A stretch of 62,896 nucleotides of DNA, filler included, from Octopus bimaculoides (taxonomy: Eukaryota), in assembly GCF_001194135.2 (NCBI RefSeq). It is 10 parts of 8 records of this genome, joined end to end, with 100 filler letters (N's around TTAATTAATTAA, not from the genome) between each part and the next. Parts side by side here need not be neighbours in the genome. Positions count along the whole stretch, not along the records: positions 1 to 3,979 come from NC_068983.1; positions 4,080 to 7,376 come from NC_068983.1; positions 7,477 to 9,456 come from NW_026361013.1; positions 9,557 to 12,529 come from NW_026353720.1; positions 12,630 to 35,894 come from NC_068986.1; 5 more parts are not named here. One strand, written 5' to 3'. This document shows positions 1-12,761 of this stretch, one piece after another. Numbering within the stretch: the stretch's first letter is position 1; each line of letters starts with the position of its first letter. The notes beneath the pieces are model-generated. The model was not told the DNA's origin and made no database searches. It saw only the letters and a list, made by a program, of their open reading frames with translations. The position numbers and the translations under genes were made by a program.

Positions 1-615
1 TATATATATATATATATTATTGTTTATCTTTAGAATACCAGAAATGCGAGATGTAAAAATAAATTGCTCATTGCAGAAAGAAAAAGAAAGTACGAACTTG
101 ACATGAACTGACTGCTAGGTACATGCATTAAATATATGTGGAAATGTGAGATGGCTGTAAAAGTGAAGATAAATACTGGAATAATCAAATGTTAGCTCCA
201 TTTCAATTTGAATAGGAATAAACAAAATAGAAGTGACCGTAACTAAATCACTGAAGTTCGTTCACCTTTGTTCTGTTCACAAGATACAAAAGTACAAGAA
301 GCAAAAACTCTCAGAAGAAAACTTTCCCGCGGAAACACAAATGCATTTTAACAGAGTATATGTTCGAATAATTTTAATAGGGACAACTATTTTGTGAGAA
401 ATCATGTTTAATCTCAGAGTAAAACTCCACACGACCAAAAGCATGAGTATATAAGTGCATAAATAAAACTTACTATAACTGAAGATCTAAACCGAAAGAA
501 ATATCTTTTCTTCGGAGAAAAGAAATAAGAATGATATAATGTGATACAGGAAAATGAGTTGAGTAATCCAGAAAATATAACTGGCTAAAAGGGATCCGCT
601 ATTGTAGTTAAACAA

Positions 616-646
<31 letters not shown>

Positions 647-767
647 CAAATTTATTGTGCTTTTAATTGTTAATTTTTCTATATGTGATAGTGGATTTTC
701 ATCGATGAGTTCTTGAAACTTGGTTATTTTCCCTAAAACTATATATTTTATATATATNNNNNNNNNN

Positions 768-820
<53 letters not shown>

Positions 821-2810
821 TGTCAGACATGAAGTTTTTAAAAAGGTGAACAATAATATTTTTAATAAAACTATATTTAATAAAAGAAAATAGCAAAGCA
901 AATTTCATGCACAACTACAAGATGGCATAACCCCGAATGAAGCATCAGCATCGTTAGAAATTCATACATATTTGGATAATTTAAAGGCGCTCCACAGTTT
1001 CCGAAGTGCACACTGTATTATATGGAAAGATCGTAAGAAAAGTACATTAACACAGTAAATTCAATTATATGATAAATATTGCTAGCAACTGTAAATCTCG
1101 CAGAACTGACATTGTTCCCAATTTATGGCTGAAATACCAAACCATTATTCATTAATTTATGGCATTAACATTCAATAAATTAGTAAACAAACCAGGCACC
1201 AACTTCTGAATCGTTACTTGATGGGAAAACAATATTGATTCCCCCAAACAGAAATAGATTAATAACGTGCTTTTCAACAACATATAAACCCTGTATATGT
1301 ATACTGGAAAAAAAAGAAGCCCTATGTACATCTACAAAGTGATAAAATATTACTAGAAGAACAGAAAAAAGTATGGAAAAGAGAAGTATGTCTGTAAAAA
1401 GAGATATATGTTTGTAAAAACCAATTACTTGTTAACTGAGTAAGCAAAAACCTTAGCATAAAACGGATTGATTACAGAAAGTATTTGCTAGTATGCTGCA
1501 CTTATCAGTATTGGGGAAAATGCATATAAATAAAATTGCTGTAACACGAAAGCAATATATCGAGCATGCCATGTCAAAACGGAAACTAAATATATAACTT
1601 CAAAGCAATGAAAATATGAGGAAAGGCAGCCTTTTACTAATATTTCGTTATCAGCTTCACATTTCTTCTATTCTTTTCAATTTTTATACTACAAAATTGC
1701 TTAATGAAATCGCCATTAGCTCCAAATGTAAATAAAAACTACATTTTTTTTACATATTTACTTAAAAATTTTTTTAAGGGTGGCACTACCCCGTAGCTAT
1801 TCCTACTATACATTGTAGATAATATCAGTCAGAATATGGGGCTAGACAAATGTGCCAAATAAATTTTAAGAGGCAAATGAATTAAAACAGGAACGACATT
1901 ATGTGTGAATACTGGATTGTAGGAATTAAAAGAAACCGATCCTCGAAATTCCTTAGGATTAGATAAAACTCATAAGATACAACATACATGAAGAGGTTAC
2001 TACCTACCAAGCTTTTTAATTTAAATATGCCAACCAATGAAAAATTGTATATTTACAACAAAGCCACAATAAAAATAGTACTGTAAAAGCACTTAATAAA
2101 AAAAATGACAAATAAATAATAGTTTTTTCTACTATTGGCAAAAAGTTCGATTATATGAGTGTGTGTAATAGACTACATTGGCCTCATAGTTCGACTGTCA
2201 TTTTACTGAAGGGCATACTTGATCCCGGCAGAATTAGAATTTATAACCTAAAGCCGGGAGAAATACCATTAATCATTTCCCCCAAATATGCTAACGATTC
2301 TGCCACCTCACTGCCTAGTAAATAATGATGATAATAAAAAAATATATTGATTTGTTGGCCGTGTTTGTGGATTCAGGATGACAGAAGAGTGATATGAACT
2401 CGAGCCAGTGGCTCTAAAGGTGAATAGTAATAATATGATCTCAAGGAACTTTTCTGAAATGATTGGCCATATTATTGAAGCAAGGAAACTAGAGATAATC
2501 GTAGAAGACAAAACTAGTGCAATCGAGTAGATATCAAAGATCATAAGAAAATTGAAAAATATCAGAAAGAAAGATGCAATGATTGTGACAGACAAACGTG
2601 TCAATTGTTCCTATGGTAATTTGTGAACGTTACAATATGTAGAGACTGAAGGGTATTGCAATTGAAACAGACAATGCCGATCTATAGAAAAATGCAATCT
2701 TGTATTCCGGAAGAATCCTTATAAAGATTCTTGAGATTTGAGTTGATTTGTCGCCAAAATATGTCAAGGTGACATAACCGTAAAATAAATTAATATGTAA
2801 TAGCTTTTGA
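1..2810 (+). mobile_element. Highly degraded Penelope-like retroelement (RT region relics), interrupted by microsatellites
   Basis: Scattered motif remnants on +: 'aaagggatccgctattgtagtt' (about 587-610, KGSAIVV, like the PLE xDKGxAIVV motif) and 'tatatttacaacaaagccaca' (about 2048-2068, YIYNKAT, like PLE xYRKPT). Many stops and frameshifts; boundaries approximate. Confidence 0.45.
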
Positions 2811-2864
2811 ATAATAATAATAATAATAATAATAATATTAATAATAATAATAATAATAATAATG

Positions 2865-2942
<78 letters not shown>
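2811..2942. repeat. (AAT)n microsatellite
   Basis: Directly visible trinucleotide run. Confidence 0.98.
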
Positions 2943-2943
<1 letters not shown>

Positions 2944-3496
2944 CCCGGATGCAGTACCAGGCAATGGCTCCCATGACTTCTGATCTTAATTGATTGGAAG
3001 TGTTATCATGTACATTGTTTTGTCTTGGTATAAAAGATGGACTACAGCAAATATTCTGCTTAATACCACAGATTTGCTAGTCAGATGTTTGACCTTAACC
3101 AGTTGAGCATGTCCTTTGATGGATGACGATAGGTGCATCACTGATCATGAGCAGAAGTAGTGAGGGAGCATCATAGCCATGCGTTGAGAGGAATTCTTTG
3201 GGGTTTGAATAATTCACTTTTGGAAACATGGATGTTTCATTCAACATCTTTAAACAAACCTTATTCAGAGACGTTTTGAGTGGGATGAGCTACTCGACCT
3301 GAAGAAAATTCTAACTGGGCCCCACCTGGGAGGTCATGCACTGTTTATCTTGATATGCGATCACCATGTCGCGCACACATGGTTGTGATGCATGTGCCTG
3401 GTGTACCCTTATCAGACGAGTAGTCATGATGGGTATAATGGGCTTCGTATATTTTACCCCAGTGTCAGTTTGATGGCATGCACTGCTCTCTCACTC

Positions 3497-3497
<1 letters not shown>
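2943..3497 (+). mobile_element. About 550-bp non-coding interspersed repeat embedded in (AAT)n; second copy at 57027-57463 on the - strand
   Basis: 3053-3497 aligns by eye to the reverse complement of 57027-57463. Flanked on both sides by (AAT)n; no ORF. Confidence 0.85.
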
Positions 3498-3555
<58 letters not shown>

Positions 3556-3594
3556 TGATAATAATAATAGTAATAGTAATAATAATAATAATTA

Positions 3595-3734
3595 ATTCGT
3601 TTTATTGGCCACAGCGGCTATTATCAATTAAAAACATTTAAGGACAAAGACAGGACGACGATTACAAAAGGTTTTGTCTGAAAAGGTAGGAAAGTTCGTC
3701 TAAACAGAGGAAGAAAACGGAGAACGATATAACA

Positions 3735-3735
<1 letters not shown>
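3595..3735 (-). mobile_element. 3' UTR remnant of a non-LTR retrotransposon
   Basis: On - it ends '...gccgctgtggccaataaaacgaatta' followed by an (ATT)n tail, i.e. a poly(A) signal plus simple-repeat tail. Confidence 0.45.
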
Positions 3736-3799
<64 letters not shown>

Positions 3800-3979
3800 G
3801 CTACAGTTATAAGCTACAGCTACAACATCCTTAACTGGACACTAAACGAACTATGTAAAATAGACAGGAAAACAAGAAAAATAATGACAGGATATAGGAT
3901 GCACCACCCAAAATCTGACATAGAAAGGCTATATATACAACGCACAGAAGGTGGCAGGGGTCTTATACAGCTAGAAAAC
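3800..3979 (+). mobile_element. 5'-truncated Dong/R4-type (RLE-class) non-LTR retrotransposon fragment, post-RT region
   Basis: 60 open codons ATVISYSYNILNWTLNELCKIDRKTRKIMTGYRMHHPKSDIERLYIQRTEGGRGLIQLEN, matching the HPKSDxxRLYxxRxEGGRGL signature of R4/Dong-like elements. Abuts (AAT)n upstream; cut by an assembly gap downstream. Confidence 0.85.
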
Positions 3980-4334
3980 NNNNNNNNNNNNNNNNNNNNN
4001 NNNNNNNNNNNNNNNNNNNNNNNTTAATTAATTAANNNNNNNNNNNNNNNNNNNNNNNNNNNNNNNNNNNNNNNNNNNNCACACACACACACGCACACAT
4101 ACACGCACACACATGCACACACACACACACACACACATACACGCACACACACACACATGTTTATTGATTCGTATAAAATACACACATGGATGTATATGCG
4201 TTTGTATATATAAGTGTATGCGTATGCGTATACGAGAGTTTGTATGCATGTACGCATGTATGTATGTATGTACGTATGTATGTATGTGGTGTGTGTGTGT
4301 ATGTGGTGTGGTGTTTGTGGGTGGGTGTGTGTTT

Positions 4335-4376
<42 letters not shown>

Positions 4377-4882
4377 TACATATGATGCTTTACGTATTCG
4401 GAGTAAATCTACACAGTGGTTATATGCGGTTGATCGTTATTGCTTACATATGCTCTTTCTGTTATACAGCTTATGAGTTCCACACCCTGCTTTGATATGT
4501 TTGAATTAGCTGCAAAGCAATAACCACTCTTTCATAAACTATTTATTTCCTGGCAGTATTATCCTACGAATTGCTTATACCGTCTGCTTTATAAAAAGAA
4601 ATAGAAAATGGTATGCGAAGGTAGATACGAAATGATGCATTCGAAATTATATCACGAGAACGAGCCACGTTGAAAAGTAATGTTAAAAGGATATCTCAAG
4701 TCAGTAGCTACGTCTGACTGTCAGGTTTGATAGGTTGATAGCCTTTAATCTGTTCCGAAATCGTGTTCACCTAAAACTTGCTGTTTTTACTGAACATAGT
4801 GAGATAGATAATATTGAGACTGTAAGCATACCATGGGGTTTAAGCAAGTATACATACACGCAGAAACACGCCCGCACACAAA

Positions 4883-4913
<31 letters not shown>

Positions 4914-5263
4914 GCACGCACACACACACACACACACACACAGAAATTTATAAAACAAGAAAGTGGAATGAACAGGCTTTAATCAATAATCACAACAATT
5001 GTCTCTGTACAATATTAACAGCTGTTATTTGCAGAACATGGTAGCCGATAACAGTATAGGAGCATTGAAATACAAAGTTATGAGGTTATTACCGAGATGA
5101 TATTAAATAAATATATATGTATTATCTACAAACGCGTTATATATATATAATGCAAGAGAGTTAGGGGTTGAGGATTCAACCCACTAAGGGATAGTATCTA
5201 TCCAATATACTGCTCGGAGGGTACCCAATTATTGTTACAGCATATTATCCTCCATTTTCTTAT

Positions 5264-5295
<32 letters not shown>

Positions 5296-5299
<4 letters not shown>

Positions 5300-6055
5300 A
5301 AATAGTAAATGAGTATATGCATATATACGTACAGGTATGTGCATACCGACATCCACCTGTATGTACAGGTGTATATCTGGGTAAAGGACATTGCAAACAA
5401 AACGTAGACGAGAAAACACACAAGCCACATAGAGAACATTCTCCTTCATCAGCTACCCCCGTTTTAACACCGGCGTTTCGAAGAGCNNNNNNNNNNAGAA
5501 AGGGATTATTGACCGGAAGCATGTGACCATGCCGGTGTAAGAGGAAGAGAGAGAGAGAGTGGTAGAGGGAGAAACAAAGGGAGGAAGTAGAAGAATAGGT
5601 GAGCAACGAGAGGAAAAGAGAAAGAGAGGAAGTACGAGGGGGAAAAGGAGATACGTAGTAGTAACAGAGGAAGAATGAGAGGGGTAAAGAGAGATACGTA
5701 GTAGTAAACAGAGGAAGAACGAGAGGGGGAAAATGAAAAGGAAGAGAAAGAGAAAAAGATAGAGTAGCGTCGGAAAATATAAAGTTGCGAAAACTACTTA
5801 CAGATTGGTGACGCTGCGTTCGGTCATGTAAAAACAAATAGTAAATGAGTATATGCATATATACGTACAGGTATGTGCATACCGACATCCACCTGTATGT
5901 ACAGGTGCATATCTGGGTACAGGACATTGCAAACAAAACGTAGACGAAAAAACACACAAGCCACATAGAGAACATTCTCCTTCATCAGCTACCCCCGTTT
6001 TAACACCGGCGTTTCGAAGAGCTGGGTAGGACGCATCGTTAAAACGGCTCTTCAG
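5296..6055. repeat. 191-bp near-identical direct repeat (5296-5486 and 5832-6022), PLE terminal-repeat-like
   Basis: 3 mismatches in 191 nt; the first copy ends at an 11-N gap and begins next to (TA)n. Confidence 0.85.
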
Positions 6056-6136
6056 ATATATATTACACACACACAGATAGGTAGATAAATTGAAAGACAA
6101 ATAGAGAGAGAGAGAAAACGAGAGCGAGAGAGAGAG

Positions 6137-6555
6137 ATGGCCTTGTGGTCAGCATGTTGCACTCACGATCGCCAGATCGTTGGCTCGAGTCCCGGACCGC
6201 GCAGCGCGTTGTGTTTTTCATCAAAATGTCTCATTTCACGTTGCACTAGTCCCCTATGTGTTAAGCGCTATGAAATACCGGGGACCTTTTGTAGAATGTG
6301 ATATTGATAATAGCCATTGACCATGGCGACTGAAACTTTACGGAGAGTAATTTGAAAAGAGATTACACTGAGAGCTTACAAAAAATAACAGCCAAATCTC
6401 CTTTAATTTAGATTTTATCATTTTGACAAGCGCGGTACACACTGGGTAATGAAGTCCTAGATGCGCAATGCCCGAGAAAAGAACAGGAGGGCAATGACTT
6501 CAGAGTCTTTAGTCATAAGTCTGCGAAATTAGGATTGATTTTGAGCTAAACGGCA
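6137..6555 (+). mobile_element. tRNA-derived SINE (family C)
   Basis: A/B-box-like head 'tggtcagcatgttgcactcacgatcgccagatcgttggctcgagtccc', homologous to the - strand copies at 15195-15416 and 29500-29730. Confidence 0.65.
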
Positions 6556-6894
6556 AAAATTTTGAAAAGAAAAAGAAGCTCACTGAGTTACGTTTGAAGT
6601 ATGAAGTTTTATATATTGATTGATATGAATTTTTCTCTCTCTGTCTCTGCGATCAATATTGGTTTAATTAAGTTAATCTCAAATTATGAATAAGCAAAAT
6701 GACAAGAGTTAAATAACTGACCGTGTTGCTGAAAACCTTTATCTTCTTCCATCATCACCAGTACCATACATACACACATACATACATACATGCGTACATA
6801 CATACGTACGTATGTATGTATTTGCATATATATGTATAAGTACATATATGTACATACATACAAGCATACATACAAATATAATATGTATATATAA

Positions 6895-6930
<36 letters not shown>

Positions 6931-7020
6931 ATGCATTTATATATATGTATATATGCATATATTTATATGCATACAAACATATATACATATACATACATAT
7001 ATACATGCATATATGTGTAT

Positions 7021-7168
7021 CGCTAGCCACTACACATTCTTTATCTTCTGTCTCTGTTTCTTTCCGTGGAAGAGCGTAGGCTCGAAATGTTAAAGGCTTT
7101 TTCACTTCCCGAGCGTTAAACTATTACATCTACACTACCTGTCTTCGTCTTTTGTTTTTTTGTGAATT
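7021..7168 (+). mobile_element. PLE terminal-repeat-like segment with degenerate hammerhead (7060-7095)
   Basis: Aligns to the reverse complement of 51105-51270; ends 'ttctccc' next to a TA-rich microsatellite. Fold: cttt-CCGUGGA-A-GAG(cguagg)CUC-GAA-AUGU-U-aaag. Confidence 0.65.
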
Positions 7169-7191
7169 CTCCCTATATACATACATATATC

Positions 7192-7225
<34 letters not shown>

Positions 7226-7476
7226 CATACATACATACATAAATACATACATACATACATACATACATACGTACATACATACGTACATACATACATATAT
7301 GTATGTATATTATCTTTTAGGATGGTGGCAAAGAAAAACATTCTAGAATTAATTGTCTAACAAGAATGCTGAGGTTNNNNNNNNNNNNNNNNNNNNNNNN
7401 NNNNNNNNNNNNNNNNNNNNTTAATTAATTAANNNNNNNNNNNNNNNNNNNNNNNNNNNNNNNNNNNNNNNNNNNN

Positions 7477-7566
7477 GGCAATAGTAAGACACTTGACGAA
7501 AGTGCCACGCAATGGGACTGATCCCGGAAACATGTGGTTCGTAAGCAAGCTACTTACCACACAGAG
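7477..7566 (-). mobile_element. SINE family A, 5' head fragment
   Basis: Reverse complement of the head seen at 24428 ('tgtgtggtaagtagcttgcttac...ccactgcgtggcac'). Confidence 0.75.
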
Positions 7567-10216
7567 TAAAAATCTTCATAGGGGTCTTGATTTGAATTGG
7601 GTGTTGCAACTTCTTACGATTCTTGCAGACTAGATTATCCATGTCTCATCACCTATTTCTGACTCGGGCATGGACTGGCGAATAAAGTGATCGTCGAAAC
7701 GGATACGCTGCAGTATTTTCGTCTCCCTATTCGTGATGATAAATTTCAGGCGACCTAGAAAGCAATTCTGAGGTTGAATCAAGTTGTTGGCATTGAAATG
7801 GTAGATGGATAGTTTCTGGAAATATCTGTCCGATCAATATCGAGAGAGAACGAGAAAACGATTGAGAAAGAGAATGGAAAACAGAAAAACAATGGCCAAT
7901 CATTCTTCGATGGAATTAAAAAATTAAGAATACTGAGCGCCAGAATATATGCATGCAACAATGGTGCCGGACATTGTATTATAAGTCTACCAATTTGCTT
8001 GTTTGGTGTGGAGTCGATCCGGAGAAAATACATTCACAAAGCATTNNNNNNNNNNNNNNNNNNNNNNNNNNNNNNNNNNNNNNNNNNNNNNNNNNNNNNN
8101 NNNNNNNNNNNNNNNNNNNNNNNNNNNNNNNNNNNNNNNNNNNNNNNNNNNNNNNNNNNNNNNNNNNNNNNNNNNNNNNNNNNNNNNNNNNNNNNNNNNN
8201 NNNNNNNNNNNNNNNNNNNNNNNNNNNNNNNNNNNNNNNNNNNNNNNNNNNNNNNNNNNNNNNNNNNNNNNNNNNNNNNNNNNNNNNNNNNNNNNNNNNN
8301 NNNNNNNNNNNNNNNNNNNNNNNNNNNNNNNNNNNNNNNNNNNNNNNNNNNNNNNNNNNNNNNNNNNNNNNNNNNNNNNNNNNNNNNNNNNNNNNNNNNN
8401 NNNNNNNNNNNNNNNNNNNNNNNNNNNNNNNNNNNNNNNNNNNNNNNNNNNNNNNNNNNNNNNNNNNNNNNNNNNNNNNNNNNNNNNNNNNNNNNNNNNN
8501 NNNNNNNNNNNNNNNNNNNNNNNNNNNNNNNNNNNNNNNNNNNNNNNNNNNNNNNNNNNNNNNNNNNNNNNNNNNNNNNNNNNNNNNNNNNNNNNNNNNN
8601 NNNNNNNNNNNNNNNNNNNNNNNNNNNNNNNNNNNNNNNNNNNNNNNNNNNNNNNNNNNNNNNNNNNNNNNNNNNNNNNNNNNNNNNNNNNNNNNNNNNN
8701 NNNNNNNNNNNNNNNNNNNNNNNNNNNNNNNNNNNNNNNNNNNNNNNNNNNNNNNNNNNNNNNNNNNNNNNNNNNNNNNNNNNNNNNNNNNNNNNNNNNN
8801 NNNNNNNNNNNNNNNNNNNNNNNNNNNNNNNNNNNNNNNNNNNNNNNNNNNNNNNNNNNNNNNNNNNNNNNNNNNNNNNNNNNNNNNNNNNNNNNNNNNN
8901 NNNNNNNNNNNNNNNNNNNNNNNNNNNNNNNNNNNNNNNATATATATATATATATGCATGCAAACTTATGCATGTACATATATGTGTGTGTGTGTGTGTG
9001 TTTGCATGCGTCTGTGTGATTTTCATGTTAAAATACTTTTAGTTTGTATCCTTTAGAAATACAACCTCTTACTGACACCCTCACCAATTCATATATGTTC
9101 TCATTACATTCACCCGTTTTCCGATTCGCCCGATGAAATGACGACTCTATGAGCAGTGGGTGTTTTATTAATTTCCTGCCGCTATTGTTTGATTCTGAAT
9201 GTGAACTGGCTGTAAAACTGACTGAATAGGTGGAGATATAGAAAGACAGTGTGCAATGCGAGAGAAGTAGACAGAGGTAGAGTGTGAGAGAGAGAGAGAA
9301 AGAGAGAGAGAGGGAGAATGGGAAGAGGTGAGAGGAGGAGAGAGAAATGTGGGTTATAGACATGTCGGTAGTGAGAAAAATATAACACGAAAAACAATGA
9401 CAAGAGTAAAATTATTAGTTTGAAGTTTAAGCAGAAATGGAATCGTATATTAGTAANNNNNNNNNNNNNNNNNNNNNNNNNNNNNNNNNNNNNNNNNNNN
9501 TTAATTAATTAANNNNNNNNNNNNNNNNNNNNNNNNNNNNNNNNNNNNNNNNNNNNGTGATAATCAACGACATGAAATGAAAGATAATTTTAAAAGAACG
9601 AGGAACTAAACGTCGTGGAAAGGCGGGAAAAATGAGAGTATTAGACAAGGGAACAAGAAAATTGAGACGGAGGAAGGTGAGGAGGAGCAGGAGGAGGAGG
9701 AAAAAGAGAAGCAGGCTGTAACGCAGTGTTGTGATGCCATCTGACGTGAGATGTGAACAAACCAGATGCAGGCGACTGGAAGAGAGAGTGAGAAACGGTT
9801 TAAATGCTTTAAAACAACAATACCGACAACAACAACACAAATAACAACAACAAGTGACAACAACAACAACAATTATGTGTGTGTCTCTCTACATAGTCCC
9901 CAAACCCCGCTAGAATTAGAAGGCAAATGTCCCTTAAATTATTCCAATTCCTTACTGTCTGAAATAAAGAAGAGACATTACATTTATGTATTTGGTCTGC
10001 AAAATCCCGAAATCGCAGGTTGAAACAGGTTTTGTTGTATATTGCGAACACACGCACTGGCTCTATTTCAATTCTTTTATTATTACTAATAAAGTATGTC
10101 ATTGATAGGGTCGCAAAAGATGACGAAAAGACTGATGAAACAAGGTATATGATTGAAAGATTGACTGAAAGATTAATGGGAAAGTCGATTAGTTAACTAG
10201 ATAAACAATTAACTAG

Positions 10217-10219
10217 ATG

Positions 10220-10277
<58 letters not shown>

Positions 10278-10284
10278 ATACTGC

Positions 10285-10316
<32 letters not shown>

Positions 10317-10366
10317 TTGCTGCTGCTGCTGTTGCTGCTGCTGCTACTACTACTACTGCTGCTACC

Positions 10367-10426
<60 letters not shown>
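10217..10426. repeat. Compound trinucleotide microsatellite (ACT)n-(GCT)n-(AAT)n
   Basis: Directly visible; source of the spurious poly-T/A/N/L/S ORFs. Confidence 0.97.
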
Positions 10427-11370
10427 NNNNNNNNNNNNNNNNNNNNNNNNNNNNNNNNNNNNNNNNNNNNNNNNNNNNNNNNNNNNNNNNNNNNNNNNNN
10501 NNNNNNNNNNNNNNNNNNNNNNNNNNNNNNNNNNNNNNNNNNNNNNNNNNNNNNNNNNNNNNNNNNNNNNNNNNNNNNNNNNNNNNNNNNNNNNNNNNNN
10601 NNNNNNNNNNNNNNNNNNNNNNNNNNNNNNNNNNNNNNNNNNNNNNNNNNNNNNNNNNNNNNNNNNNNNNNNNNNNNNNNNNNNNNNNNNNNNNNNNNNN
10701 NNNNNNNNNNNNNNNNNNNNNNNNNNNNNNNNNNNNNNNNNNNNNNNNNNNNNNNNNNNNNNNNNNNNNNNNNNNNNNNNNNNNNNNNNNNNNNNNNNNN
10801 NNNNNNNNNNNNNNNNNNNNNNNNNNNNNNNNNNNNNNNNNNNNNNNNNNNNNNNNNNNNNNNNNNNNNNNNNNNNNNNNNNNNNNNNNNNNNNNNNNNN
10901 NNNNNNNNNNNNNNNNNNNNNNNNNNNNNNNNNNNNNNNNNNNNNNNNNNNNNNNNNNNNNNNNNNNNNNNNNNNNNNNNNNNNNNNNNNNNNNNNNNNN
11001 NNNNNNNNNNNNNNNNNNNNNNNNNNNNNNNNNNNNNNNNNNNNNNNNNNNNNNNNNNNNNNNNNNNNNNNNNNNNNNNNNNNNNNNNNNNNNNNNNNNN
11101 NNNNNNNNNNNNNNNNNNNNNNNNNNNNNNNNNNNNNNNNNNNNNNNNNNGTTCGAATAACAATTGAATAACAATCGAACCATAATGTAGCTGATGTCAC
11201 AGACGATTGGCGATCAATGAGTAAAAGTCATCCTGTGTCAATAATGATTGAAGCATAATGCACGTGACATCACAGATTATTGAAATCAAATCTGTCATGC
11301 TGGGTAAAAAATAAGCAGCGTTTCGAAACATGAAATTCATCACAATATATTTCAACAATGCGGAAATCAT

Positions 11371-12390
11371 TTATTCATCAAAGTAAATACCATTCCAATC
11401 AACACGTTTTTGCCAACGAGTTACAAGTTTGTTTATTCTGGTAACATAAAAACCTGGAGTTCTGGAGCTGATGAACTCTTTGAACGCACTTTCAGTATCG
11501 ATTTGATTTTGTAACCCCTTCTCTCGCTGGAAACCACCAAGGCGCTTGAAAAAGTGGTAATCGGTAGGAGAAAGGTTTGGGGAATAATCTGAGTGGGGAA
11601 GAACTTTGTAGCCAAGTTCTGCCAGCTTCTGGAGCGTCGTTAGTGAAACATGTGGTCGAGCATTGTCACGAAGAATGATTGGGCCTCTTCTGTTGACCAG
11701 TCTGGGACAGAGGAGTAGTGACAGTTTTTTGTTCATTTTGGCAGTTCCATGGCAATATGTTTCTGCAGAAATGGTTTTTCTGGGTTTTAAGAAGTTATAG
11801 TGGATGAGTCCAGCATTACACCATAGTCTTCTTTGTGAAGAGCTCGAGTTTAGAGAAGGTTTTCAGTGCTTCATTTTGGTCCAACCACTGCGAAGAACGT
11901 TTTTTTTTTTATTGTACAGAATCCACTTTCCATCGCAAGTTACAATACCGTCGAGAAATGGATCGGTTTGGTTACGGAGAAAAAGCGACACGCAAATTTC
12001 ATATTTACACATTTTCTGATTTTCATTGAAATCGTGTGGTACCCGTTTGTTGAACTCTTTTGATCTTCTGATCGCATGCAAATGGTTGAAGGCGGTTTTC
12101 TGGCTAACTTGAAGCTCTTTTGCCAGTTCTCGAGTGGTTCTACTTGGATCTTTCTCAATGACGGTCTTTAATCAACCGTCATCGATGACAGATGGGCGTC
12201 CACTACGCTCACAAACTTCAAGGCTCAAGTTTCCACTGCAAAATCGTTTAAACCATTTTCGAGCTGGCTCCTCACTGGTTATTTCCTCACCAAACGCTTC
12301 GTTGATATCGCGAGCAGTTTCAGCTGCTTTACGTCCTTTTTTTAAGTTGAATAGGAAAATTGCTCGAATATCGCGTTTTGACAGTTCCAT
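11371..12390 (-). mobile_element. Mariner (DD34D) transposase pseudogene
   Basis: Frameshifted ORFs: N-terminal HTH MELSKRDIRAIFLFNLKKGRKAAETARDINEAFG...RSGRP; IVTCDGKWILY; RDNARPH; YSPNLSPTDYHFF; RWQKRVDWNGIYFDE*. TIRs not resolved (gap at 12530). Confidence 0.92.
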
Positions 12391-12689
12391 TTCAGATTAT
12401 TTTAACAACGGTAAAAAAATATCAATGTTAATTTATTGATGCATTTGGGTAAGTCTATGACTATTATTAGACGATTGCAAAAAAAAAAAAATGTTCAAAA
12501 ATATTCAAGACTCTGCAAAAATCCGGTACNNNNNNNNNNNNNNNNNNNNNNNNNNNNNNNNNNNNNNNNNNNNTTAATTAATTAANNNNNNNNNNNNNNN
12601 NNNNNNNNNNNNNNNNNNNNNNNNNNNNNCGTTAGCGTCTTATGAAGCTAAATTTATAAGTTCTAAAATTGCAGAAGAATTAGTTGCTG

Positions 12690-12761
12690 GGCAGTTTAGT
12701 TTAATGGTAAAACACTTGACGCGTAATCACAGAGATGTGAGTTGGAGTCTCATGGCTGGCC
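12690..12761 (+). pseudogene. tRNA-Thr(CGT)-like pseudogene or isolated tRNA-derived head
   Basis: Manual cloverleaf: acceptor ggcagtt/ggctggc (1 mismatch), D stem gttt/aaac, anticodon loop cg-CGT-aa, T stem gtgag/ctcat. Lesions: U33G, TTCGA to TTGGA, 1-nt insertion in the anticodon stem. Confidence 0.6.

Noticed and set aside
475-520. CTGAAGA...GAAA at about 479-500
   Set aside because: Stem I has only 2 bp and stem II does not pair; lies in a decayed coding region.
2650-2695. CTGAAGG...GAAAC at the end of the first PLE relic
   Set aside because: A9 is mutated, there is no 15.2-16.2 pair and no stem I.
7779-8045. Overlapping open frames on both strands before the gap
   Set aside because: No recognisable motif; purine-rich composition explains the lack of stops.
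9956-10144. Possible 3-nt microexon (9956-9958, -) and 36-nt exon (10109-10144, +; VAKDDEKTDET)
   Set aside because: Splice signals alone, on opposite strands, with no homology; expected by chance.
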